Shown in pieces: positions 30,901 to 42,900 of a stretch of DNA of 64,000 bases; position 1 is the first letter of the stretch; every line of letters begins with the position of its first letter. Made by a program: the position numbers and the translations under genes. A model generated the notes under the pieces. That model had not been told where the DNA came from, searched no databases, and was given only the letters and a program-made list of their open reading frames with translations. Origin of the DNA: a virus; IMG/VR virus record IMGVR_UViG_3300018080_006015, positions 55,630 to 119,629 of that record. The stretch is one strand, 5' to 3'.

Positions 30901-33900
30901 TGATGGGTACATATTATATCCACAAAATACAAATTACGATGTAGTAATCGGCGGGACAGATGTTACTGGGGATGGTGAAAAATTACGAGTTCAGGGACTT
31001 ACATTATTAGAAGGTCAACCAGGACAAGAAGATGCTGTAATTGTTAGTGGTTGGTGTGATTTTGATGACGCAACCGTAGTAAATGTAGAGATGCAGCGAT
31101 TTTCCGGACTAGGCCCTTATGAGGCAGTTCACGGCTATAAAACAGAAGTAACCAGCATACCAAGCGATCATGTTGACTCTTTAACTTCTGCGTTTACTGC
31201 AGATGTGCCTGAAATTGGAAATCCTGCAGCATGGTCTTCTGCTTTTACACTTTTTGGAAATGATAGCTCATTTGATTCGTATACATTTGCACTATTATCT
31301 GTAGATCAAAATCTTAACATAGTTGCTGCAAGATCTCCTTCTGGTGGTCTTCACTCTCCACATATTCAACTGGCAACTACGACACCTATGGATGGATATG
31401 CTGGGGATATTATTATAAATCCAGGAAGTTCTAATGCGGCAAATCCAAATAGTGCTTATAATGGATCGAATTTAGATATAATAACTGGAAACGGATCAGC
31501 TTCTGGGTTTGGTTATGCGGCAGATGGTGGCCATGTTGAAGTAGAGCTTGGTGGTGGTGCGAGTGGCGATGGAACAACCCCCGCAATGGGTGGTGGTTTT
31601 TATGTAAAATTAGGCGCCGGAGATGGTGTCGGTGCTTTAGGTGGTGTATTTCATATAGCCAATTCTCCAACTACAAACAATAATATGTTGGAGCTTACAG
31701 AAAATGATGGAACAACAAAGATAGCTGTTCTTGGTTCTCCTGGATATTTTAATTTGGGCCAAATATATGTGGCGAGTGGCGCCGGAGATTTGGCAGCAGG
31801 AGATGGGTACAATTATCTGTATTATGATGCTTCGGAAATGCGTCTGATGATGACGGATTTGCTTGGCAATCAGCAAATTACATTAGAAGCAGATACAAAT
31901 GGTGGTTATATTGGGGTAGGTGGCGGAGCAACAATTCCTGCAGGACCAGAACAATTAAGGGTAGCAAACAATGCCGTTATAGAAGGTGCGTTAGCTGTTA
32001 ATGCCTCGGGAATGGCTGGAAATGAAACTCTTAGAGTAGATGGCGTTGCCGGACAACCTATGGCTACATTTATAAGGCCGGGCAGTACTTGTGCGTCTTC
32101 ACAAATTGCCATTGATGTACAGGCAAGGGGCGATATTTTAGCCGGGGATACATGCCAGGTTGTAAGAATTTTGGGAGGAATTGGAGCCAACAACGCCGGT
32201 AGCACAGGTATTGCTTTAGATGTAAATGCAGAAAGCGATGGTAGTTGGACGGCTGGGGCCAGTGGTATTGGGTTGAAATTATCTGGTGGTAAAGTAGATT
32301 CTGATGGTACCTTTATAGTTGAACATATATTGCAGCCAGCAACGATTGGTGGAAACCCATCATATGTTGATACCATATTGAAGGTTGAAAAGGCAGGTGG
32401 AACGTTAGTAGATAATTATTTTGAAATTGTAGACCTAACAACTGCTGCATCTCCTATATTTAGTGTTAGTGAGACATTATTTAATTGTACATTAGATGCA
32501 GAGTTTAACGCTGATGTACAAATAGACGGGAAACTAACAGTAGATGGATATATTGATCCGATTGGTATTATTATAGAAAGCCTAACTAATGATGCTTTCT
32601 TAGAACTTGGCGATGGACAAAATGCTGTTGTATCTGGACCTGGTACTGGTCGTTTAATTTATAATGATTCTACACAGGCATTTATGATGTCTGTAGATGG
32701 TGGCCCTTACCGTATTATTGGGACGGGCGGTGGTGGAGGTGATGGATATTGGGAGCGTGATGAGTCTGGTTTCTTGTATCCTGTTTTTTCCGGAGATGAT
32801 ATTGCTCTAGGGTCAGATCCGGCTTCAATTGGAGTTATTAGATTAAATAATAATGAGGGAATTTATTGGAATAACACCTTGGGTACTGGAGATATTAGGG
32901 GGTTATTCGTTGATTCTAATAATGATGTATTAATTGGAAGTACGGGTGGTTCCCAAAGAGATGTCGTATTAAATGTTCCAACTGGTAACGAGCTAAGAAT
33001 GCAAATTAATAGCTCGGATATGGTTGAGGTGGCGTCTAACTATATAATATTAAATCCACGTCAGTTGGTTTTTGATAGTTCGACAAGCTCACCAATCATA
33101 TATCAAGACCAAGATATAACACCAGGTGTAACTGGTCAAAACCTTACTGTCCAAGCCCAGAATTGCCCCGGCGGTGGTGGGGCTGCTGGTGGTTCTTTAT
33201 ATTTGGAGCCTGGAAATGGAAATATAGCAGGTTCTGTTGTTATAACAGACGCAATTACACCCATCATTACAGTGAATGTAAATGGGGTAGAAATTGGAGA
33301 TCCATTATTCAGATTCGATAAGAGCATAAGTACCCCAACTATTTATCATGAAGATTCTGATGGTTATACTTCTTCATTGACTGTCAGGGCACAAGGAACA
33401 ACACTAAATTCAGGCACAGGAGGAAACCTTAATATTCTAGGCGGCTCTGCGGCTTTTGGTGGCGGATCAACTGGTGGAAGTGTTGTTATTCAGGCTGGGG
33501 CTGGCGACACTGAAGGATCTGTTCTTATAAGAGAGAGTGCTGGAACTACATGGTTATCATTTGCAGGTGGTAATATAAACTTTTCTAATGGCACCACAGC
33601 TGTAACTGCAAGTAGTAATCCAACTTTCAATTTCGGTTCAGGACTATCTACTTTTGAAGGTGATGTCCAAATTGATGGCAAACTAACAGTTGACGGTTAT
33701 CTGGATCCTGTTGCCGTAATTATTGACAGCGCCACAAATGATGCTTTCTTAGAATTTAATGCAGGAGAAAATGCGGCACTTTCTCCGTCTGATGCTGGGC
33801 GCATTATTTATGATAATACTTCCAAGTCATTCATGGCATCAGTAGACGGTGGCGCATATGTTGCCTTGGGTTCTGGTACAGGAGATGGCTATTGGGGCCG

Positions 33901-36900
33901 TGATGTAACCGGATTTTTGTATCCAATTGTTCCAACCGATGGTGTTCAAATCGGTGGCGAATTGGAGATGGATAATAATATCATCCTGAATAAATCCATG
34001 GTCGGTGCGGGATCCCCATCTCATCTAATTGAGTTAATTGGAGAAACCAGCGTAGCAGATCGTTCGGTTTATATATACAACAACTCCTGGGCGGCAGTTG
34101 ATAATTATGGTATTAGGCTTGATGATGATAGCAACAATTTATGTGCTGAATTTGGTTTTGGTGCTGGGCTTGGCTCTATTTGGAGGTTTAATAATGCTTC
34201 AGGTGGTATGAGGCTACATACAGAATCTGGGGTTGAAATTTGGGCACTTAGTCAGGCCGGATCTTGGAATATCCAAAATTTGCATGGCATACAATTTACC
34301 CAACCAGGATTTTCAGGTGGAGCTAGCGCCAATGCATTTAGGGTTATTGGTGGGGCCCATGTTGAATTACCCGCTTCTACTGAGAGATCGGATATAAGTT
34401 TTGAATTAGGGCGAGATGTAGAATTTGCCGCCGGGGCATTAGCTCAACAGAGAGCGGTAATTGTAGAGGCTCCGACTTATAAGTTTGATGGCGCCTCCAC
34501 GTTAACTACAGCTGCCACGTTTGCCATAGAAGGCGCCCCATCAGAAGGTACAAATGCAACTATTACAAATTCGTATGCATTATGGGTACAATCTGGTGAT
34601 TCTAGTTTTGGTGGTGATATCTATTTTGATTCATCTGTATTGTCGCCCACAATACAGCAGAATAATACAACAGTTGGCGATGGAGAAAACCTAAGAGTAG
34701 CCGCACAAAGCAGTTCTGCTATTGGTAGTGCTGGTGGGAATCTAACTCTTGCGGCTGGTTATGGTACCGATGGTTATGGTGGTCATTTGGGCTTATATGC
34801 CGGTAGTTCCGCGGTCTCTGGAATAGGTGGAAATGTTTATCTAACACCAGGAGAAGGCACAACGGTAGGGCAGGTAATAATACGTGAGCCGTTTGGTGGT
34901 ACTAGTATTGTAACGTTTGATGATACGTCAGTCGAATCTCCCGGCAATCCAACATGGAATTTTGGCTCTTCATTAGCTACCTTTGAGGGTGATGTACAAA
35001 TCGACGGCAAGTTGACTGTTGATGGCTATTTAGATCCTATTGCAGTAATAATTGAAAGTGCAACGGATGATGCTTTCCTACAATTATCTGCTGGTGAAAA
35101 TGCTGATATTTCCAGTGCCAATGAATGCCGATTGATATATGATAGTGTTGGTGCTAGATTATTAGTATCTGCAAATGGCGGTCCGTATTCTCCCATTGAT
35201 GGTTACGCAGGATCTTCTCCATGGACATATATTGGAGGTGTTTTATATCCGGATAACTATATTACAGACGCAGTTGTAATTGGTGATAATGCTGTTGTTG
35301 GATCAGAGTCATTAAGAGTGGTCGGAAACACCTCTTTGTTAGGAAATGTCGTTATAGAAGAAGGAACAACGAATCCTTCCATATTACAACTAACAAAAAC
35401 CTCCGGTGCTGCTCAAACATTATCAATTTCAGCACAGTCTAGCAATGATTCTTCTGGCGGTCCATTAACTCTAAATGCTGGAAGTGGATATACGACAGGT
35501 GGCGATATCAATGTGAACGCTGGTGACGGATATACTTGGGGTAATGGTGGTGCTATTCGGTTGCGTGGTGGTGATGCTACTGGAATTTTGGGTAGTGGTG
35601 GTCATGTTTACATCCAAGGCGGAGATTCTGTTGGTGGTACTCAGGGTTATATTATTACTAATTCCAGCCAGGTTGTGTTTAAGGATTTCTCTGGAACTAC
35701 ATTTGCCTCCATAAGTAATGATAATGAGGCATTGTATTTCTCTGGCGGCTCCTCTCCAACCATTCAACATCTTGCTACAAATACATTTACCAATCCACTA
35801 TCTATTATTGGCCAAAACAGCTCAACGGAAGATGGTGGCAATGTTGTAATTTCCGGCGGAGATGCAACGGGAGCTACTGATAAGTCTGGAGGCGATGTCG
35901 AGCTTTATGGTGGGTCCGGAAATGGTATTGGAGTGGCGGGTATTGTTCACTTATTTGGTAGTGGTCATATTCTAACTGTTGATGGATATGATCGGGTAGG
36001 CGTATCTGATGTCGTAACAATAGACGTGGCAAAAGATCGATCTGATGCGTTTAGGTTGATGGAAGATACAAATCTTTATATGCAGGTCTTTACAGATATT
36101 GGTTCCGAATCAATTGTCTTCGGGGGAACAACAAATCCGGATTATGAGTTTTTTGGTACGGGAACCGCAACGTTCGAAGGCGACGTGGAAATAGGAGGCA
36201 AACTTACTGTAGACGGTTATATCGACCCGGTAGCCGTAATAATAGAGAGTGCGACAAATGATGCTTACCTTGGGTTGAGTGCTGGGCAAAACGCCTCACG
36301 TAGTGCTGCGGATGAGGGAAAGATTATTTACAATGCAGTTTCGCAGAAATTCCAACTTTCAGCTAATGGAAATGCTTTTGTAGATTTAGCAACTGGAGGA
36401 AGCAGTGAATGGAATAGAACTGGCGATGTTCTAACTCCCGCAACTGCTAGCGTAAACTATTGGGAATTTGATTCAACCGCCTTAGATCCGGTTATCACCC
36501 AGGCTGATGAAGATGGGTATGATGTTACAGCTCAAACCCTAACCATTAAGGGTCAAGATGTTACTGGTAATTTGAGTGTTGGTGGTGCTGTTGAAATTTG
36601 GGGTGGTGCTGCCGCGTTGGATAGTGGTGATGGCGGTGATGTAATAATTCATGGCGGAAACGCCCCAAGCGCTGTCGGTGGTGATGTAATACTAAGACAG
36701 TCCGGCGGGTTTAATACTGGCGCAATTAGAATACAAAATGTTGCTAGCGATGACATATTATCCTTTAGCAGTAATCAAATTAGCGGCTTGGCCAATAACC
36801 CAACGTGGTTATTCGGAACTGGAAGTGCTAATTTTGGAGCAGATCTTACCGTTGTTGGTGAGCTTAATGCCGGTAGTGTTGATGTTTCTGATTATGTCGA

Positions 36901-39900
36901 GATAGGAGGCTCACCCGCAGACTCAGGCGCTATTAGACTGGAAAATGCTGATGTTATAAACTTCAGAGAAAATGGCGGTCTCGGAAATATACGCGCACTT
37001 ACAGTAGATGTTAACGACGATATTTTTGTGGGAAGCAATAGTACTTACCAAAGAGATGTTGTTTTGCACGTACCTACTGGTAACAATATAAGAATGCAAT
37101 ATGGGCCTGGTATTACAACAGCAGCAAGATTTGTTACTGGTGCAAATGCTGTGGCTATGGATCTTACTGATGGTTCTGCCGCTGGTGTTGGAAACCTAAA
37201 CGAAGGAAGATTGCGTTACAACAATGTTACAGAAACATTCCAGGTGTCTACAAATCATGGTTCTTATGAAGATATTTTAACTGGCGCATTTCCTGAAGTC
37301 AGTAAATGGACAAAAGATGGTTATGTATTATATCCAAATGATTATGAAAACGAGATAGTTGTTATTGGCGACACTTCCCCGTTTACAGATGAAATACTTT
37401 CTGTACATGGTAAGCAAGTTATAGATGCTGGAGCGTTAGGAGACAATGACTTTGGATTATCTGTTGTTGGTTACTTAGACGGTACTCAAACGGCTCTAAT
37501 TTGGTCTCATATGGTTAGAGACGGTTATTGGGGTGTAAATGGTTTGGCAGGAGCAATTGGTGCTGATGTAGCGACCCAAATTGGAGATGATCCTGATAGT
37601 AATGTGGCGGCTTTTGTTGCCACTCCTCCCGCTATATATTCAACAGATCCCAATACATATGCGTTTTTGGCAATGTCTGGTGGCGGAACTGGTTATGAGA
37701 CTACTCTTGGCGCTTTAGAGCAAGATCTGTTAATTCGTACTGATGTTCCCGTTGGCGCTCCAGATGGTTATGGTTACGATATTATATTAGAAACCGGACC
37801 AGGAACGGCCGCTTCAGGAGCTTATCGTGGCGGTGAAATAACATTGCGCGCTGGCAATGCTGTTGCTGCTGTTGGGTCACGATCTGATGGCGCTAGCATT
37901 TTTGTAGAAACAGGTGATGCTGCTTCAAATGGTGGCGGAAATGCTGATGGTGGTGATTTTGAGGTTCTATTAGGAGATGGTGCCGGTGGCGGATCTACCG
38001 GAAGTATGGTGGTAAGAGCTGGCCTAGGAAATGATGATTATGTTGTATTTGAAAATAACTCAGGGGCCAGATCGTTAACGGCTGGTGGTTTAGGTTGGGC
38101 TTATGTTGGTTCTGCCTCCGATCCTAGTGCTCCAGGAGACTTTGCTGCTGGATATCAAAATTCTACAAGAATGTTTTTCAGTCGTGATTTAGAAACATTT
38201 CAATTGTTTGATGGTACAAATGCAAACACTTTTGCCATTGAAATAGATTCAGGTTATGTCGGAATAGGATCGGGCGCAACAGGTGGGCCATCTGGGACCG
38301 AATTATTACAAGTTGATGGTGATGCTTATATAACCGGAAAACTTACTGTTGACGGATATTTAGATCCCATTGGTGTAATAATAGAGAGTCCAACATTTGA
38401 TGCTTTCCTTGAACTTGGTGTTGGTGATGGGGCAAGTTTGGCTCCTCCAGATACTGCAAGATTAATTTACGACCAATACAATAATAAACTACGAGTATCC
38501 TATAGTGGTGCCCCATATCAAGATGTTGGTGGGGATGGATATGGAGCTTCTCTGTGGACACAAGTTGGCGATAATATGTGGCCGGCAGCTGGTACTAGCG
38601 CTAATGTTATAGTTGGTGATTTCTCTCAAGACGGATATGAGAAATTTAAAGTTGTTGGTGATCTTGGTCAGTCGGTAATGTATGTGGAGCGGCCAGAATC
38701 TGATATTACTGACGATAAAGAAACATCTGTAACATTTAACCTTACACCCAATAATATTGTAAGTGGCGGAGAGGTAGGCGCAGTACACATTCAAGCTGGC
38801 GCAAGAGGTGATATAGGGTCTGATACATTTGCTGTTGGCCTTGCTATTGATTCTGTATGGGAAGGTAATATGGCATCTGACTCTGTCGCTTCTGCTATGA
38901 TTGTTGAGTGTGGGACCAGAAGCACTAACGCTGAGTATACTGCTGGTGCTATATTTGTCTTACCAGAAGAAATAGAGGGCGGATATGATTCTGGTTTGTC
39001 TGATATGTTGCGTTTACTTAATGAGGGCGGCACATTAGGTAACTTTATCAATTGTGAAATGCCTGGTGAAATAAGTGCATTTAAGGTAACTGGTGATGGT
39101 TATGTTGGTATTGGTCAGGCAAATCCGACAACACAATTAGATGTTGTTGGCAAAACTATATTGCAGGACTTGCAAATAACAGGATCATTAACTTCTGATG
39201 GTTATGTTTTAACTTCAGATAGTTTAGGCAATGCTGTGTGGGCTCCTGCTGGTGGCGGAAGTTATTGGCAGCGAGATCCTGTTGAAGGAATTGTATATCC
39301 TAGCGTATTAACTGATAGTATTGGGGCACCAGCAGATATTATTTCTGTAAACGGTGGAATGCTTTATTGGCGTGATAGCACTGATACTCTTGATATAGAG
39401 GTGTTAACACTTGATGCTTCTGATAATATTATAGTTGGTCAAAATACGACAGATTTTAATAACATTGCACTATCTGTCGGAAATTCTGGCGTAATAGAAA
39501 TGCAAACAGGTGGTCTTGCCAGATATACCGTAGAAAGTAACGGCAACCTTACGATGGAAGGTGATTTTGATTTTGTTCCTGATGGAGATGGACAGGGCGA
39601 AATTGGAACGACAGGATCTAGATTTGCATCATCGCATTTTAGCTCTTATATGGCTGTTGGTGTTGGTGCTGGGTTGCCAAGTGTCGGTGCTGTTAGACTG
39701 CAAAATAATTTGGCCATTGAGTGGTCTAGTGCGGCAATTAATGATGTTCAAGTTCTTTCGTTAGATAACTCAGATCAAATAAATGTTGGAAGTTTGGATG
39801 CCGATCTTGCCGGTATTATTTACAATACACCATCATCTACATTTCATAGCTTAAGAATAAACAACGCAAGTATTCTTGAGTTGGCATCTGCATTTGTTGA

Positions 39901-42900
39901 GGTAAGCCCGGCGGATTTGCGATTTGATAATGATGTTAATAATCCTATCTTTAGGCAGTTTGATGATACTAACGATTCTGCTACTGGTTGGTTGTTTACT
40001 ATTCATGCTCAAGACATGACTAGTAATGTTGATACTACTGGTGGTGATTTGTTAATTCGAGCGGGTAATGCTAATACTGGTGGGACCGGAACAGGCGGAA
40101 CCTTACATTTGCGAGCGGGTAACTCAACAACAGAAGGTTCCGTAATTATTGAGCAATCTGATGGTACTGGTATGATGTCCTTTGCATCTGATACCAATAC
40201 CGTTACGGCGCCGTCTAATCCAACCTGGAATTTTGGAACTGGTGTTGCAACATTTGGTAACGAGGTAAACGCTACTAGTTTTGATGCGACAAACTTTATC
40301 GAGATAGGAAGTTCTCCAGCAACTGTTGGCGCATTAAGAATGACTAATAATCATTCTGTTTATTGGAGGAACGAGCAAGGCACTTCAGATATTCGTACAT
40401 TATTTGTTGATGGTTATAACAATATAACTCTTGGCGATGATCTTGGTGATGTAAATGATGTTGTAATTTATGCCGCATTAAATAAGGAAATCCACTTAGA
40501 CGTTAATAACGATACAAGATTTAGTGTAAGTGAAACTGGCGTCCAATGTTATGAAAATGCAACATTCTTAGAAGATATTCTTGTGGTTGGAGATGCCGAC
40601 TTTGAAGGCGACGTACAGATTGATGGCAAGCTCACAGTAGATGGTTATATAGATCCGATAGGCATAACCATAGAAGATCATTATGGTAATGGCGCTTATA
40701 TGGAAATAGGTGATGGTACTGCCGCTCCTCTTTCAAGCCCAGGTATGTGCAGAGTAATTTATGATTCGACAGCACAAGAGCTTTTGGCATCTTTCGGGGG
40801 AAATGCTTATGAGGTCATTGGTACTGGCGGCTCTTCTGATGGATATTGGAGTTATGATTCTGTAACAGGTACTTTATATCCCAAACTTGATTGGACAAAT
40901 GATACGCTAGTTCTTGGTGACAATGAAATGGCTGGCGCAGAAATGATGCGTGTTACTGGGGCTGTTCGATTTGAATCTCATATGGAATTAGGCACCATAC
41001 TTCCGGGTAATGGCGCAATTAGGATGGAGAGTGATAGCGCGATTGTTGCTAGAAACTTTGGAGACTCTGCTGATATCAATTTAATATCAAATGAGAGAGA
41101 AGGGGCAACTGATCAGTGTAATATTATTATTGGTAATAATGACGCAACAGCCTTAAATGATATGCAATTTAATCTTCCAACGGGTGGTGCATATCAGTCC
41201 TTAATAGCTGGCACAAGATACATGAGGTTACAAGAAAGTGAGTTGCTTCTAGGTGCGAGTGGTTCTGGTTACAATCTTAATTTTGATGCTGGCGTTTCTG
41301 ATCCAAGTATTTTCCAGATAACATCACCTGATAATGGAATTACCGGTAATGAGTTGAGGGTTCGCGCACAAAGTGTTAGCGGAACGGTTTCACATGGCGG
41401 CTTATTAGTTCTTGGTGGAGGTGATGCTGATGATGGTCATGGTGGCGGTGCTATTCTATTTGGTGGAGACGGCACTGGTGGTGGTGCCTATAATGGCGGC
41501 ACAGTAACATTACGTCCCGGCCAAGGGGGAAGTAATAATGGAACTATTTCTATAGAAGATGCAACTGAAACAGCACAGATTGTTGTTGATGATGACGAAG
41601 TAGATTTTGTTGGTTCTGCAGTAGTTTCAACGGGAAATCCAACATGGAATTTCGGAACGGGAGCTGCTACATTTGAGGGTGATGTTCAGATTGATGGTAA
41701 ATTGACCGTAGATGGGTATCTAGATCCGATAGCCGTAATTATAGAGAGCGCTACGACCGATGCATTCTTGGAATTAGGCGCTGGTGAAAATTCCAGCCCA
41801 AGTCTCGCTGGAACAGGTAGGATTAGGTATAACAGCTCTACCGATAAATTTGAGATGTCAGAAAACGGTGGAAGTTATGGTGAAATTCCGACAGGCAGCG
41901 TAGAGTGGAATAGGACATCTGATACTTTAAGTCCATCAACGTCTAGTGTAAATGAGATAGAGTTTGGCGCAACAGCTGGCGATATTTCGATTACGCAGGC
42001 TAATAATACTACTGGTAATGGCTCTACTATAACTATTAGTGGCCAGACTTCAGGTGGCGGCAATGGTGATGGCGGTAATGTTGTAATAGAAGGTGGCGTA
42101 CCTCATGGTTCTGGCGCTCCTGGATATGTTGATCTAGATATTCAACATATGGCAGGATCAACTTATAGCACTCTTAAGGACGCCATAAACCAACAGTTTA
42201 CTCCTACTGTTATTACTGGCGGAAATATTACAGATAATGGTGATGGAACTGTTGCTGTTACTGCCGGCACTGGTATAATTAAGACTACTGACTCTAGATA
42301 TGGCGAGACAATATTTATAGATTGGGCCGCAAATAATAGCTTAAGCCTAACAGATGAGTCTATTAACTTTATTTATTGCGATTATAATGGGGGCTCTCCG
42401 CAGCTTAGTGTGGAGACTGTTGACACTAATTTGTGGAACCAAACCAGAATTCGAGTTGGTATGGTTTGGCGTGATGGTACTGTGGCCCATATTTGGGTTG
42501 CTAATTCTGAGTTTAATAGTTTGGGCGGTCAATGTTCTAGGCGTTTTTGGGAAGACCAGGGAGCACATAGAACAAGTGGAATGATCATAAGCGAAACGGG
42601 TACTAGAAACTTTGCTCTAACGTCTGGTGTCTTCTGGGCTGGATTTAGTAAAACCACAACCCCATCATTTGATATGTCTGGGGCAGATACGTTTAATTAT
42701 TATTATACTTCGGATTCTGGCACGAGCTGGACAAAGGTGACAGGCCAGACTCAAATAAATAATACTCAGTATAATGATATCACAGCTGGGCTTTCGACGT
42801 TATCTAACAATAGATATGGTGTTCATTGGGTATACGTAGATGTTGCGGGCGATGAAGTTCATGTGGTTTATGGTCAGGGAAATTACCTACTGGCCCAAGC